Assembly: GCA_964016885.1 (NCBI GenBank)
Contig: OZ024745.1
Span: forward strand, 29,264,001-29,328,000
DNA: 64,000 bases
Origin: Eledone cirrhosa
Lineage: Eukaryota
Reading direction: 5' to 3'
The notes under the pieces are model-generated. The model did no database searches. It saw only the letters and a list, made by a program, of their open reading frames with translations, and was not told where the DNA came from. Position numbers and translations under genes: made by a program. Shown here piece by piece: positions 13,410-26,208 of this stretch; the stretch's first letter is position 1; each line of letters opens with the position of its first letter.

Positions 13410-14028
13410 AGTGGGTGGGTGATTGTGTGAGGGTGGGTGATTGTGTGAGGGTGGGTGATTGTGTGAGTGGGTGGGTGGGTGATTGAGTGAGGGGGGGGGG
13501 GGTGATTGAGTGAGGGGGTGGGTGATTGTGTGTGGGGGTGGGTGATTGTGTGTGTGGGGGTGGGTGATTGAGGGGGTGGGTGTTGTGAGTGGGTGGGTGA
13601 TTGAGTGTGGGGGGGGGTGTAATTGAGTGAGGGGGTGGGTGATTGTGTGAGGGGGTGGGTGATTGAGTGAGGGGGTGGGTGATTGAGGTGGTGGGTGTTG
13701 TGTGTGTGGGTGGGTGATTGAGTGAGTGGGTGGGTGATTGTGTGAGTGGGTGGGTGATTGTGTCGGTGGGTGGGTGATTGAGTGGGTGGGTGGGTGATTG
13801 TGTGAGTGGGTGGGTGATTGTGTGAGTGATTGAGTGGGTGGGTGATTGAGTGGGTGGGTGGGTGATTGGGTGGGTGGGTGATTGAGTGGGTGGGTGGGTG
13901 ATTGTGTGAGTGGGTGGGTGATTGTGTGAGTGGGTGAGTGATTGAGTGGGTGGGTGATTGAGTGAGTGGGTGGGTGATTGAGTGGGTGGGTGATTGTGTG
14001 AGTGGGTGGGTGATTGTGTGAGTGGGTG
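13410..14028 (+). repeat. G-rich minisatellite (gtgggtgggtgattg[a/t]gt[ga]), about 16-24-bp units
   Basis: Directly visible tandem array. Confidence 0.9.
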
Positions 14029-14192
14029 GCATGTGTAGATGTGGATGGCTATGTATATATGGATGCGTATATGAGTGACTGTATATGTATGATTGCTTCA
14101 ATTGTGTGTGGGTGTAGATATTTTTTGGATGAGTGTGTGTGTGTGTGTGTGCGTATGACTGTGAATGATAGTATGTGGATGAATGTGTATAT

Positions 14193-14235
<43 letters not shown>

Positions 14236-14889
14236 ACAACTGTATGTATGACTGTGTGGATAAATACATTGGATAATGTGGCTGTGGGTCCCTGCACAAT
14301 ACAGGATGGTCATTGCTGGAACATCTTTGATCATAGATCTGCTGAACTAAGGCTGATCTAGGGTTAAACAACAACAACAGGCTTCTGCATAGTGTCAGTC
14401 AACCAATTATGCATGGGTTGTATGGAAGATATATCCAACTCATACTAACATGGACAGACAGACATGCAAGAAGCCATCCAGAGGTGAGCCTTGTATTCTC
14501 AGTTGCCTAATGCCTTAAGAAACCAGGATAAGTCTTGGCCTTTGTCCAGGCCATACCAGCAGCTGAGTGTTAACCCTGCAATAGACAGGTGTCCTATCCA
14601 GGGAAGAGTCTTGTACTCTCAGTCACTTAATGCCTTATGAAGCCAGGATAAATCCAGCCCATCTAAGGATGGAAAAACGATTAGTTTCTCTTATCAAAAC
14701 ATTGATATTGATAATATTGATCTCTTATTACTTATTTATATTAAAATGACTTAACCCTTTTGATGTTTATTAGTTTAGAAATCAATATAGGTTTTTAAAC
14801 AATTTTAACATGACATGTCTCAGTCCAGAATAAAATTTATTGAAATAAAATTTATTAAAAAAAAAAGAAAAAATTATTAGAATCTATAC

Positions 14890-15380
14890 ATTTTTGTCAA
14901 CAAGCTGCAAGTTTATTTATTTCAGTAACATAGAATTCTGAAGTTCTGGGGATGAATTTTTGCAGTTGTTTGGTTGTTGAAGATTTTTCTTGCAAGAAAT
15001 TGTTGAAATGCTTGAAAAATAAATAACCCTTCAATTCTATATTAAAAAAAATAAATTTAGTAGTCGGTTAGTGGATGAGGCAGAGTTTTGTAGCTCAATT
15101 TGTTTGACTTCTTGAACGTTGGTTGTGCAATGTGTGGTTGAGTGTTGCCATGCAACATGCTATTGTTCAATGCTAGATACATACGCAGCAACTTTTGGTG
15201 TATTTCATCAATTTCCTGACCATACTTCTCTGCTGTGATTGTTTTGTCAAGATTGAGAAAGCTGTAGTGGATTAATCCAGCTGTGAACCACCAAATAGTC
15301 ACCATAACCTTCTTTTGGTGCAAATTTGACTTTGGGAAGTGTTTAGGAGCTTCATACCAATCCAACCACTGTACTGAACA
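14890..15380 (-). pseudogene. mariner (Mos1/SETMAR-like) transposase relic
   Basis: APKHFPKSNLHQKKVMVTIWW..AGLIHYSFL...TITAEKY..EIDE.HQKL...LPHP, then FKHFNNFLQEK. Confidence 0.85.
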
Positions 15381-16189
15381 TCATAGAAAGAAAGAACATA
15401 AAATAAGCTGTAAAATGATACATTATTTTACACACCTTGATGAGTTTTTATTCTTAAAAGTGTGTTGAAACAAATAAAAACATAAAACGGGCATTAATTT
15501 CTGTACACTGCTAGTTCTACAATAAAATTTTTTTAAAAAGTGTTTATACAGGGTGTATCAAAGTAAATCATCATATATATATATATATATTGTTATATTG
15601 TTATATTATATATGTATATATATATTGTTATATTTGGGGAAGGTCATATTGTTATAATATTGCCAGAAATAATTGTTTCTACTTTTGGCACAAGGCCAGC
15701 AATTACCCAGTGCATTACTGGTACTTTATTTTATCAACCCCGTAAAATGAAAGGCAAAGTTAACCTCGGCAGGATTTACACCCAGAACGTAAAGGGCCGG
15801 AACTCTATGCATGGTTTCTGACTCTCTACCAATACTACCGTTATATATATATATATGTATGTATATAAATCAGATGATTCCTTTAAATACACCCTGTATA
15901 ATCTTTCATTTATGATGCAAACATCAACTTAATAACGATAAATGTAGTTATATTAATAAATCTTTCAAATTCTTGATTATTGAAAAAATTATTTGATAAT
16001 CATAAACAGTGTCTTTGATTCAAAATATGGTAATGAAACGGTTAAGACATTTATATTTATCTATAATCTTCCAACATGATTTTATGTGAGAGCATTTGTT
16101 ATGTTTCAAACACCGCCTTAATAATTAGAAAGTTGTTTTCAGTGTGTCTTTCATTAGAAATATAAATATACATACACATACACACATAT

Positions 16190-16310
16190 ATATTGTTACA
16201 TTTGGAGGATGATCGTGTTGCCAATCTTGCCAATAAAACATGACCATCCCTTAATATAACAATATCTGTTTCAAAATTTCACATCAAGAATCTTGCAAAA
16301 CAAATACATG
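16190..16310 (+). mobile_element. Miniature fold-back copy of the PLE 3' module found at 48041-49148 and 52318-52878
   Basis: tattgttacatttggaggatgatc... is inverted to catgaccatcccttaatataacaata, followed by the tail ...aagaatcttgcaaaacaaat. Confidence 0.55.
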
Positions 16311-16329
16311 TGTATATGTATGTATAAAG

Positions 16330-16357
<28 letters not shown>

Positions 16358-16360
<3 letters not shown>

Positions 16361-16750
16361 GATAAATCTACCAAAAGTTTACGGTAGTGTCCAATCCGTA
16401 TGAAGAACTCAATGTAATCCGGATATCATGGAAAGAAGAGATGCATTCAAAAATCACTTTCGGTGAGAGATAAACGGAATACAGTCAAGATAAAATATTA
16501 AAAAAATAATGAATAAAACAATGAAACAGTTCCTTATATTAAACAAAAAAAGTTCATGTATATTCTAGTGTATGTATATTCTATTTGATAATTTGTATAA
16601 TTTTGTATAATTTTGTACATAGATCTGTTGAGTATGCATACCAATTCTAACACATATATATCCTAGAAACGATCGTTAAATAATGAACTTTTTTTGTTTA
16701 ATATAAGGAACTGTTTCATTGTTTTATTCATTATTTTTTTAATATTTTAT
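16358..16750. mobile_element. PLE-like non-autonomous insert with inverted 3' arms (16490-16557 and 16683-16750)
   Basis: Near-perfect inverted repeat; the left arm extends about 130 bp further. Second copy of the family at 40376-40676. (TA)n flanks. Confidence 0.6.
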
Positions 16751-16807
16751 ATATATATATATATATATTTATACATACATAAACGTACATATGTATATAT
16801 ATATATA

Positions 16808-17230
16808 CCCTTATGCAATTACCCTCTTCCTTTCGAAGGTGGTAAATCCTTCATCTTAGACGCGACATGCTGTTACATGTTCTCCGTCTTGACCTTACTC
16901 GTTTTGGCCACAAGCCCTGGTACTGCGGCTCACAATGCAGAGAACATGAAGTCAAGCAAATACCGGAGCTTGTCCGGCTGTTTCCTCTTTGCACCGGTCA
17001 CCGTCAAGACCCCAGGTGTCTTTGGACCCCGGACAGCTGACCTCCTCCATAAAATTGGATCAATAGCAGCCCGCCTGAGGAAGGAGCCCCATGAGGTAGG
17101 GTGGCTTTTGCAGTGTGTGTTCCTGGTAATTGTCCGCAGAAAGGCCTTTGTGAATTTGTCTGTGGTGCAGTTGAAACACTGCTCTGACCAAGGTGTAGAG
17201 TCTGTCACCTTCTCCCCTTTCTTTGTTTAG
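16808..17230 (+). pseudogene. 3' fragment of a CRE-clade-like non-LTR retrotransposon, restriction-like endonuclease domain
   Basis: PFEGGKSFILDATC...PGTAAHNAENMKSSKYRSL...FAPVTVKTPGVFGP...LLQCVFLVIVRRKA fits the RLE pattern PWxxGKxLxWDxT / AAxxAExxKxxKY / FxPxAVETxGxWG / QRxSxAxQRGNA. (TA)n on both sides. Confidence 0.75.
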
Positions 17231-17233
17231 TAG

Positions 17234-17265
<32 letters not shown>

Positions 17266-17266
17266 C

Positions 17267-17466
17267 TATATCTATATCCAAAATTAAGATAAATCAAATG
17301 AATTTAATCTAAATCAAAATTATGGGTGTCATGCCAGAATTATGGGTGTCATGCCTCTTAGAGCTTATTTTGCGGGTGATATGGTGCATGTCTTTCTGGC
17401 ATGACACCCATAATTTTGATTTAGATTAAATTCATTTGATTTATCTTAATTTTGGATATAGATATA
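17267..17466. repeat. Near-perfect 73-bp inverted repeat with an internal short direct duplication
   Basis: 17267-17339 is complementary to 17394-17466; aattatgggtgtcatgcc is repeated tandemly. Confidence 0.85.
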
Positions 17467-17893
17467 TAAATACGGCTCCTTAATTGTAGAGCTAACTCTG
17501 TTGAAAGGACTCGACTGCTGTTTCTAGTTGTTGATAACCCTATTCACGCCACTGGGATGAAGCTAGTATGATGTGTGTATTTCTAGTAAATACTACACGT
17601 GGTGCTGGCCATCGCTGATTTGAACTTGAAGTGTAAACACTGATCGCTGGAACTTCTTCCTTGTTGAAAATCCAAGTCTCCACTTCCGTGGTTTACCATC
17701 TGATTAATTGGTGAAATATATTTCTTTAATGGAATATATACAGGAAAGATTAATCATATTATAAGGTATCTATTTTTGAAGTTCTGGTCAACTTTAATTA
17801 GTTACCTACCTAGCTATGTGTGGTTACACACTTGTAAAAATTATCTCCTGTGATTATTCATGTTTATTTATATGTTAATCAATTTCTAGTTAT

Positions 17894-17925
<32 letters not shown>

Positions 17926-19127
17926 TATATATATATATATATATAAATAAATATAAATATATATATGTATTTTTTGTTGTCTATTATAAATGGTCATTGC
18001 AGTTGTCTGGCATAAGGCAGTTTTTTGTTTGATTCTGATAAGCATCTCTATGTACCAATATCTCATCTCCAAGGATAATTTTACCTAACCTTTTCAACTA
18101 ATATTTATTATATATCACTTGTGGTAGATTTTCATAGTCATAATCATCATTATCATCATTTAACATTCATTTTTCCATGCTGACTTAGTTACTATAGCTG
18201 GATGCCCTTCCTAACGTCAACCACATAGTGTGTATTGGGTGCTTTATATTGTGATACCAAAACGACCACTTTTCAGTCTGGGCTGGGTGTTTTTATTGTG
18301 GTGCCAAAAGCACCCCTTTTCAGTGTGGGCTGGGTGCTTTTTGTTGTGACAAAATCTTTCAAACTTGCCCAATTCCTTTGTAAATTTTATTTACATTTCT
18401 AGCTAACTGTTAAGTCTTTTGTTTAGTCAGTGAAGGTTTGGTCAGTTTGCTTTGGTGTAATGATTATTGCAGCCATATAGTAGATGCATAGTTTGATTCA
18501 TGCAGACATCCTCTGTTTACCTTTTTCTGTCTCCAGGAGGTAATTTTACCTGACTTATTTGACTATTTTACAGCCATTAAATGAATTGTGGCAGCACGTC
18601 ATAATAAAAGCAAACAGTTTTGAAATTTCCAAATTTGTCCAATATCTTTGTAAACTTATTGGCTTCAATATTTCAATAAATGTTATATTCCAATAAATTA
18701 TTGTTATAAATTATTGAATCTCATTTATAATTCTATGGATTTTGTTATTGAGTGTGAGACAAGTATTGATTCTACTCCCAATATTATTAAATTAATTCCT
18801 TCCTTCTTCTATTCTCTTTTTATTTCTCACTATTATTAATACACTATTTCACTCTGATTATCTCACCCCAATTTATTTATTCCAATAAAATAACTCAGAA
18901 AAGATGACTAAATTCTTGAGCAAGTAATTCTATTGATTATGTATTTCAATGGCTATTGTAGTATTTGGTTCACAGATAACTGGTGATTTTTAATTCCGAG
19001 ATTTCCATGTGAGGTTCCAACTGAGGTTTGCTGCTACTACTGCACTCATTGACACTTGGACCTCATCTTCTCTTGTGTTCTTTCACGTTTCCATTGTGGA
19101 ATTCTTTGAACTTCTGCCTTGATGCTT

Positions 19128-19626
19128 TTGTTGTTGTCACTGTTGTTGTTACTGCTATTGTTGTTGCTACTGATGTATTGTTAGTGCTATTGTTGTTGCT
19201 ACTGTTGTTGTTACTGATGTTGTTACTGTTACTGTTACTGATGTGTTGTTACTGCTATTGTTGTTGTTACTGATGTTGTTGCTACTGTTGTTACTGATGT
19301 TGTTACTGTTACTGTTGTTGTTACTGATGTGTTGTTACTGCTATTGTTGTTGTTACTGATGTTACTGATGTTGTTACTGTTACTGTTGTTGTTACTGATG
19401 TGTTGTTACTGCTATTGTTGTTGTTACTGATGTTGTTGCTACTGTTGTTACTGATGTTGTTACTGTTGTTGTTACTGGTGTTGTTACTGATGTGTTGTTA
19501 CTGCTATTGTTGTTACTGATATTGTTGTTGTTGTTGTTGTTACTGCTATTGTTGTTACTGATATTGTTGTTGTTGTTGTTGTTACTGGTGTTGTTGTTGT
19601 TGTTACTGATGTTGTTGTTGTTGTTG
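19128..19626 (+). repeat. Compound (TGT)n / ttactgatgt minisatellite
   Basis: Directly visible. Confidence 0.85.
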
Positions 19627-19797
19627 CAGTTGTGTATCACTGTGTGTGTGACAATCTATATTTGTAATTGTGTATTTTTCTTGTTAGTTTTCCATTTTGT
19701 CCCAACAGAACATTTCGAACTGGACTGTTAATGAGGATTTACTGTGGACACATATATACATACTTACATACACACACATATACTTTCATATACATGC

Positions 19798-19838
<41 letters not shown>

Positions 19839-20539
19839 TAAATATATACACACACATACATACATGTACCTACGACATATATATATACACACACACACAT
19901 ATATTTACACACACACATACATATATATACACACACAGATAGATTGTTAAATGTTAGTGATATGACACAATTACGTTTAATAGTCACACACACGCACACA
20001 CACATATATATATACATATATACATACACATATATACTTACACACACATATATATATATATATACTTACACACACATACACGCCTATACATGCCTATACA
20101 CATGCCTATACACTTACCTATACACACCTATATACATACACCTATATACATACACCTATATGCACTCCCTGGATTATTTCCTGTAATTTAAAACATTTAA
20201 CTACTCCAGTTGTCCTTTCTGTTGCCATAGAAACAGATGAAAAATGATTAAATGGCAGTAAAATTTGTTTTTTTGCGTGGTTCTAATGTGGAATTATATC
20301 CTTTGATACTATATGGTTCCTTCAGTGTCTACTACTATAGACACATGTTAAAAAAATGCCTTCAGAATGGTATTTGGTAGACTGATACTATGTGGAAGCC
20401 TGTCTTTATCATCAGCTTTCTATACTTGCATGGGTTCGACAAGTTGTCATGTTTGAGACTGTAGGGGTTCAAGAACCTTGTCTCTCTTGTACCTTCCTAT
20501 TTTTTGGTGACATTATTTCTAGGGTTGGACGCTATGCTT

Positions 20540-20992
20540 TCTAACATAGTTACGTCCCTGAGTTCAAATCCCGCCGAGGTTAACTTTGCCTTTCATCCTT
20601 ACGGGGTCGATAAAATAAAGTACCAGTAATGTATTGGGTAATTGCTGGCCTCGTGCCTAAAGTAGAAACAATTATTTCTATGGCTGGATGCCCTTCTTAA
20701 TACTAACCAATTTGTATACTGAACTGGGTGCATTTTATCATGGCCTGAACATTGCCACTTTACAGAGTGTACTGGGTGCATTATATTGTGGCATCAGTAC
20801 TACCACTTTACAGGATGTACTGGATACATTTGATTGTGGTTCCAACACTACCACTTTACAGAATGAAGTGGGTGCATTTTATTGTGGAACCCGCATTACC
20901 ACTTTGCAGAGTATACTGGGTGCATTTTATTGTGGAACCAGCATTACCACTTTCCAGAGTGGAGTGGGTGTATTTTATCATAGCACCAATAC
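20540..20992. mobile_element. Partial SINE (plus strand) followed by an RTE-tail derivative with about 6-7 diverged 48-bp modules
   Basis: gagttcaaatcccgccgaggttaactttgcctttcatcc..., then repeated actgggtgcattttattgtgg...accactttacag. Confidence 0.7.
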
Positions 20993-21727
20993 TAAACAAA
21001 CAAATGTAAATCAAAATAATAAAAACATTTTGATTTTGTTGTTCTATTAAAAGCTCTGTGGAAATTAGATGTGAAAAAAAAATTACACCAGAGCATAATA
21101 TATATATATATCATCATCTTCGTTTAACGTCTATCTTCCACGTTAGCATGGGTTAGATGGGTTTGTCCCATTTAGAGGCAAGTTGGGTTGGGTGACTGTG
21201 TCTCACTCATATAGGACTGTTTCTGGCTGGTTTTCTATGGCTGGATGCCCTTCCTTCCCTTCAAAAACAACTGTCTAAGGAATGGAGATTGAGTTAGCAA
21301 GTTACTAGTTTGAAGAGATAGACAGTGGTCTGTGTAAGGAGTGCATGGATTAGGCATGATTCTGAAATGAAAGGGTCTTTAACGTGAGAGCATGGCAAAG
21401 GAACATGGTGAAAAAGTAAAAGTAAATTTTTCTAGATCGAAAGAGCATGGTGAAACAGAAAACTAAATTTTACTAGATCATAGTGAAAGAGAAAACGGAA
21501 TTTTATATATATATATATATTATATATATATATTATATATATATATATATATGTAAAAGGTAAACAGAAATAACAACACAATCGGTCATCATGATCATCA
21601 TCATCTTTGTTTAACGTCCATCTTCCCCGCTAGCATGGGTTATATATATATATATATATAGTCAAAGATAACCTATTGGAGTTTTGAGTAGGTTGAAATT
21701 AACTTTAATCACAATATATTGGTGTAT

Positions 21728-21915
21728 ATAATTGTTTCTACTTTTGGCACAAGGCCAGCAATTATATCAGTGTATTACTGGTACTATATTTTATCGAAGG
21801 ATGAAAGGCAAAGTTAACCTCGGCGGGATTTGAACTCAGACCACAAAGGGCCGTAACTCTTTGCTGCAAAGCATGGTGTCTGACCCTCTACCGATACTGC
21901 CAATCCACCGCCATT
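21728..21915 (-). mobile_element. Second tRNA-SINE family (conserved gcctttcatccttacggggtcgataaaataaagtaccag body)
   Basis: A box tggcagtatcgg, B box gagttcaaatcc. Further copies at about 11545-11680 (+), 15660-15840 (-), 55655-56100 (+, tandem), 58715-58905 (-) and 59700-59860 (+). Confidence 0.8.
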
Positions 21916-22304
21916 GCTGTATATAATAGCTTACAAAAGTTGTTAAAATACATCTATCGATGGAAAACAATTTTGGTAGAATTTGAGAAGTATGGAGTTC
22001 AATTTGATTTATTTATAGCAATTGACTAGTTACTGTTATTTTCTGCATTTGAAATTTCTGTACCTCTTTGAGAGGTAGAGGGTTTGATACTCTGTAGCAG
22101 CTGTTGGCCACCTTTTCTATTTATAGGGATATTTTACCTGATTTTCTAAGCTATTATTTATAACAACCATATTCAGTTATTTTCTGTTTGTAATTTTCTA
22201 CATTTCTGAAGAATTTTAACTCGCTCGATGGTCTGATGGTTTGTTTACAAATGTCGATAAATACTTAAGATTGTGTTTTCAAGGATAAAATTAGACTATA
22301 CAAA

Positions 22305-22962
22305 TCATCATCATTAACATCTTCATCTCCATTTAACGTTAATTTTTCCATACTAGCATGGGTTAGACGGTTTATCCCATTTGAAGCAAGTCAGATCAGA
22401 TGATCGTGTTTTGTTCATACAAAACTGTTTCTGGCTTGGTTTCTACAGCTGGATGCCATTCCTAATGCCAACCACATATACAGTGTGGACTGGGTGTTTT
22501 TTATTGTGGCACCAAAACGATGATTTTACAGTGTGAACTAGGTGCTTTTTATTGTGGCACCAACATGATTATTTTACAGTGTGGACTAGGTGCTTTTTAT
22601 TGTGGCACCAACATGATTATTTTACAGTGTGGACTGGGTGCTTTTTATTGTGGCACCAACATGATTATTTTACAGTGTGGACTGGGTGCTTTTTATTGTG
22701 GCACCAACATGATTATTTTACAGTGTGGACTGGGTGCTTTTTATTGTGGCACCAACATGATTATTTTACAGTGTGGACTGGGTGCTTTTTATTGTGGCAC
22801 CAACATGATTATTTTACAGTGTGGACTGGGTGCTTTTTATTGTGGCACCAACATGATTATTTTACAGTGTGAACTGGGTGCTTTTTATTGTGACACCAAC
22901 ATGATTATTTTACAGTGTGGACTGGGTGCTTTTTATTGTGGCACCAACATGACCACTTTACA
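22305..22962 (-). mobile_element. RTE-tail derivative with a homogeneous 48-bp tandem array (about 10 units, 22482-22962)
   Basis: Unit tttacagtgtggactgggtgctttttattgtggcaccaacatgattat, directly contiguous with the RTE tail. Confidence 0.85.
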
Positions 22963-22994
22963 GTACAAAATATGTATCAAAGAACCACGCGCGT

Positions 22995-23038
<44 letters not shown>

Positions 23039-23375
23039 ATGTATTGAATGACTCATTCATTAAATGTTTGAATATTTTGTATACATCCATACATAAAACA
23101 TCCCCAATATTCTTCGAGGTTCCCAATAGATTCCCTTGATAATTGATGGTACATTCAAAATATATTGTTACTAATATATATATTTCCAAGGTAACATTAT
23201 CCCTGATTTCTAGTTTTCTTTCTTTTCCTCTTTTTCACTCAACCTCACCTCTCATATTATTCTTCAACTCATTTTGTTGCCTTAATATTTACAACCCCAC
23301 TTGCATTGTAGTGGCTTCCAAGACATAACCATTATATATATGTATAAACACACACACACATATATACACACATAT

Positions 23376-23430
<55 letters not shown>

Positions 23431-23584
23431 TATATGTATGTATGTATATACACACACATATATATACAGATGCACACATACACACACACACATATTTAAT
23501 GTTCTGTCAGTTTAATTTTACTATAATTGTTAAGCCAGTCACCTTCTTTTATCACTTCCGACTTTGTCTTTCCAAGGCAACTTC

Positions 23585-24030
23585 TCCACTACCACCACCA
23601 CCACCACCACAACTACCTCCACCACCACCACCACCACCACTCCCACCACCATCACCAACCACCACCTTCACCAACACTCCCAATACCATCAACACCAGTG
23701 CCATCACATCAACCACCACCATTACGACGACCACCACCAACCACCATTACCACCACCTTCGCCAACACTTCCACTACCATCACCACCACCACCACAACCA
23801 ACCACCACCTTGGCCAACATTTCCACTACCACCACCAATCACCACCGGCAACACTCACACCACCACCAGCAACACTCCCACCACCACCAGCAACACTCCC
23901 ACCACCACCAGCAACACTCCCACCAGCAACACTCACACTACCACCAGCAACACTCACACCACCACCAGCAACACTCCCCCCTCTACCACCACCACCACGA
24001 TCATTACTACCACCACCACCACCACCACAA
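23585..24030 (+). repeat. (CAC)n-rich low-complexity tract
   Basis: Directly visible. Confidence 0.85.
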
Positions 24031-24544
24031 CCAATAATAAGAACAATTTAAATTTCTAAAAATTGCTGCTATGTTCCAATAATAGTAATTTTGATTTCTA
24101 ACTAGTGATGTTGGTTCGGTTATTTTGGGACATTTATTAATGTGGTTCCTTCTCCACCACACCACCACACCCTCTTTCTCTCCACCACACCCCAACTTTC
24201 CCTCTCCACCACACTATGTCCCTTCACAACTCTTCACCCACCCCTCCACCTCACCATCACACCACCTTCACACCTCAACTCTTTTCCTCTCCATCACACC
24301 ACATCACACCATCTTTCCCTCTTCACCACACACCACCTCTCCATCCCACCCCCCTCTCCCTGCCTCAACCCTCCCTCTCCACAACACCATCTCCCCATCT
24401 CAACCCTCCCTCTCCATCACACCATTTCCCCACTTCACCAATGCTTCACCCCCTCCACTACCTCACCGATATTCCACCTCTCCAATACTCTATCATTGAT
24501 GTCACCATCCCACCAATACTCCATGCCACCACACCACCACCACC

Positions 24545-25950
24545 TCGCCAATACTCCACCCTCCACATCACCACTCTCCCCACCTCACCAATATGCCACC
24601 CTCCACACCACTACCTCACCAATACTCCACCCACCACCTCACCAATACTCCCCCACCATCTCACCAATACTCCACCCACCATCTCACCAATACTCCCCCA
24701 CCATCTCACCAATACTCCACCCACCACCTCACCAATACTCCACCCTCCATCTCACCAATACTCCACCCTCCATCTCACCAATACTCCCCCACCACCTCAC
24801 CAATACTCCACCCTCCACATCACCAATACTCCCCCACCACCTCACCAATGCTCCACCCTCCACATCACCAATACTCCCCCTCCACATCACCAATACTCCC
24901 CCTCCACATCACCAATACTCCACCCTCCACATCACCAATACTCCACCCTCCATCTCACCAATACTCCACCCTCCATCTCACCAATACTCCCCCACCACCT
25001 CACCAATACTCCACCCTCCACATCACCAATACTCCCCCACCACCTCACCAATGCTCCACCCTCCACATCACCAATACTCCCCCTCCACATCACCAATACT
25101 CCCCCTCCACATCACCAATACTCCACCCTCCACATCACCAATACTCCACCCTCCACATCACCAATACTCCCCCACCACCTCACCAATACTCCCCCACCAC
25201 CTCACCAATACTCCCCCACCACCTCACCAATACTCCACCCACCACCTCACCAATACTCCCCCACCACCTCACCAATACTCCACCCTCCACCTCACCAATA
25301 CTCCCCCACCATCTCACCAATACTCCACCCACCACCTCACCAATACTCCACCCTCCATCTCACCAATACTCCACCCTCCATCTCACCAATACTCCACCCT
25401 CCATCTCACCAATACTCCCCCACCACCTCACCAATACTCCACCCTCCACATCACCAATACTCCCCCACCACCTCACCAATGCTCCACCCTCCACATCACC
25501 AATACTCCCCCTCCACATCACCAATACTCCCCCTCCACATCACCAATACTCCACCCTCCACATCACCAATACTCCACCCTCCACATCACCAATACTCCCC
25601 CACCACCTCACCAATACTCCCCCACCACCTCACCAATACTCCCCCACCACCTCACCAATACTCCACCCACCACCTCACCAATACTCCACCCTCCACCTCA
25701 CCAATACTCCACCCACCACCTCACCAATACTCCACCCACCACCTCACCAATACTCCACCCCCCACCTCACCAATACTCCCCCACCACCTCACCAATACTC
25801 CACCCTCCACCTCACCAATACTCCACCCTCCACCTCACCAATACTCCACCCACCACCTCACCAATACTCCACCCACCACATCACCAATACTCCAGCCTCC
25901 ACCCACCACCTCACCAATACTCCACCCACCACATCACCACCTCACCAATG
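24545..25950 (+). repeat. 22-23-bp minisatellite ctcaccaatactcc(a)ccc(a/t)cca(c/t), about 60 units
   Basis: Tandem array; open in all three plus frames only because the unit has no stop codon. Confidence 0.92.
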
Positions 25951-26208
25951 TCCCACCATTGTTGTAAAAATTTAGGCTGGTGGTTCTTTCCATTGACCAA
26001 AGCCTATTTCTGTTGTCTTTTAATTACCATTTTCTTCATATCACAGCTTCTATTTACAGTAAATTGTTCCTCAACTAGTTCAAACAATCTTTGATGCTTA
26101 TAAATTACTCAATGTCCTCTAGAAACAAAAGACTGGTGCAGCAAACTTATATTTTCACACATCATCACCGTTTTCTTCTTCCTCTTTATCATCTTCACCT
26201 TTTTCTTC

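Noticed and set aside
13403-14377. 324-aa His/Thr/Pro ORF
   Set aside because: It is composed of (CA)n and the G-rich minisatellite complement.
16615-16690. Possible hammerhead (CTGTTGA...GAAACGATCGTTA)
   Set aside because: The core is altered in both copies (CTGTTGA, CTGTTAA) and the stems are poor; at most a decayed ribozyme.
22482-22962. CRISPR-like array or Cys-rich repeat protein (ILQCGLGAFYCGTNMI)n
   Set aside because: There are no unique spacers and no cas genes, the context is eukaryotic, and the unit derives from the RTE 3'UTR.
24142-26094. 650-aa Pro/His/Thr-rich extensin- or mucin-like ORF
   Set aside because: All three plus frames are open and the 22-23-bp unit is not a multiple of three, so this is a minisatellite artefact.
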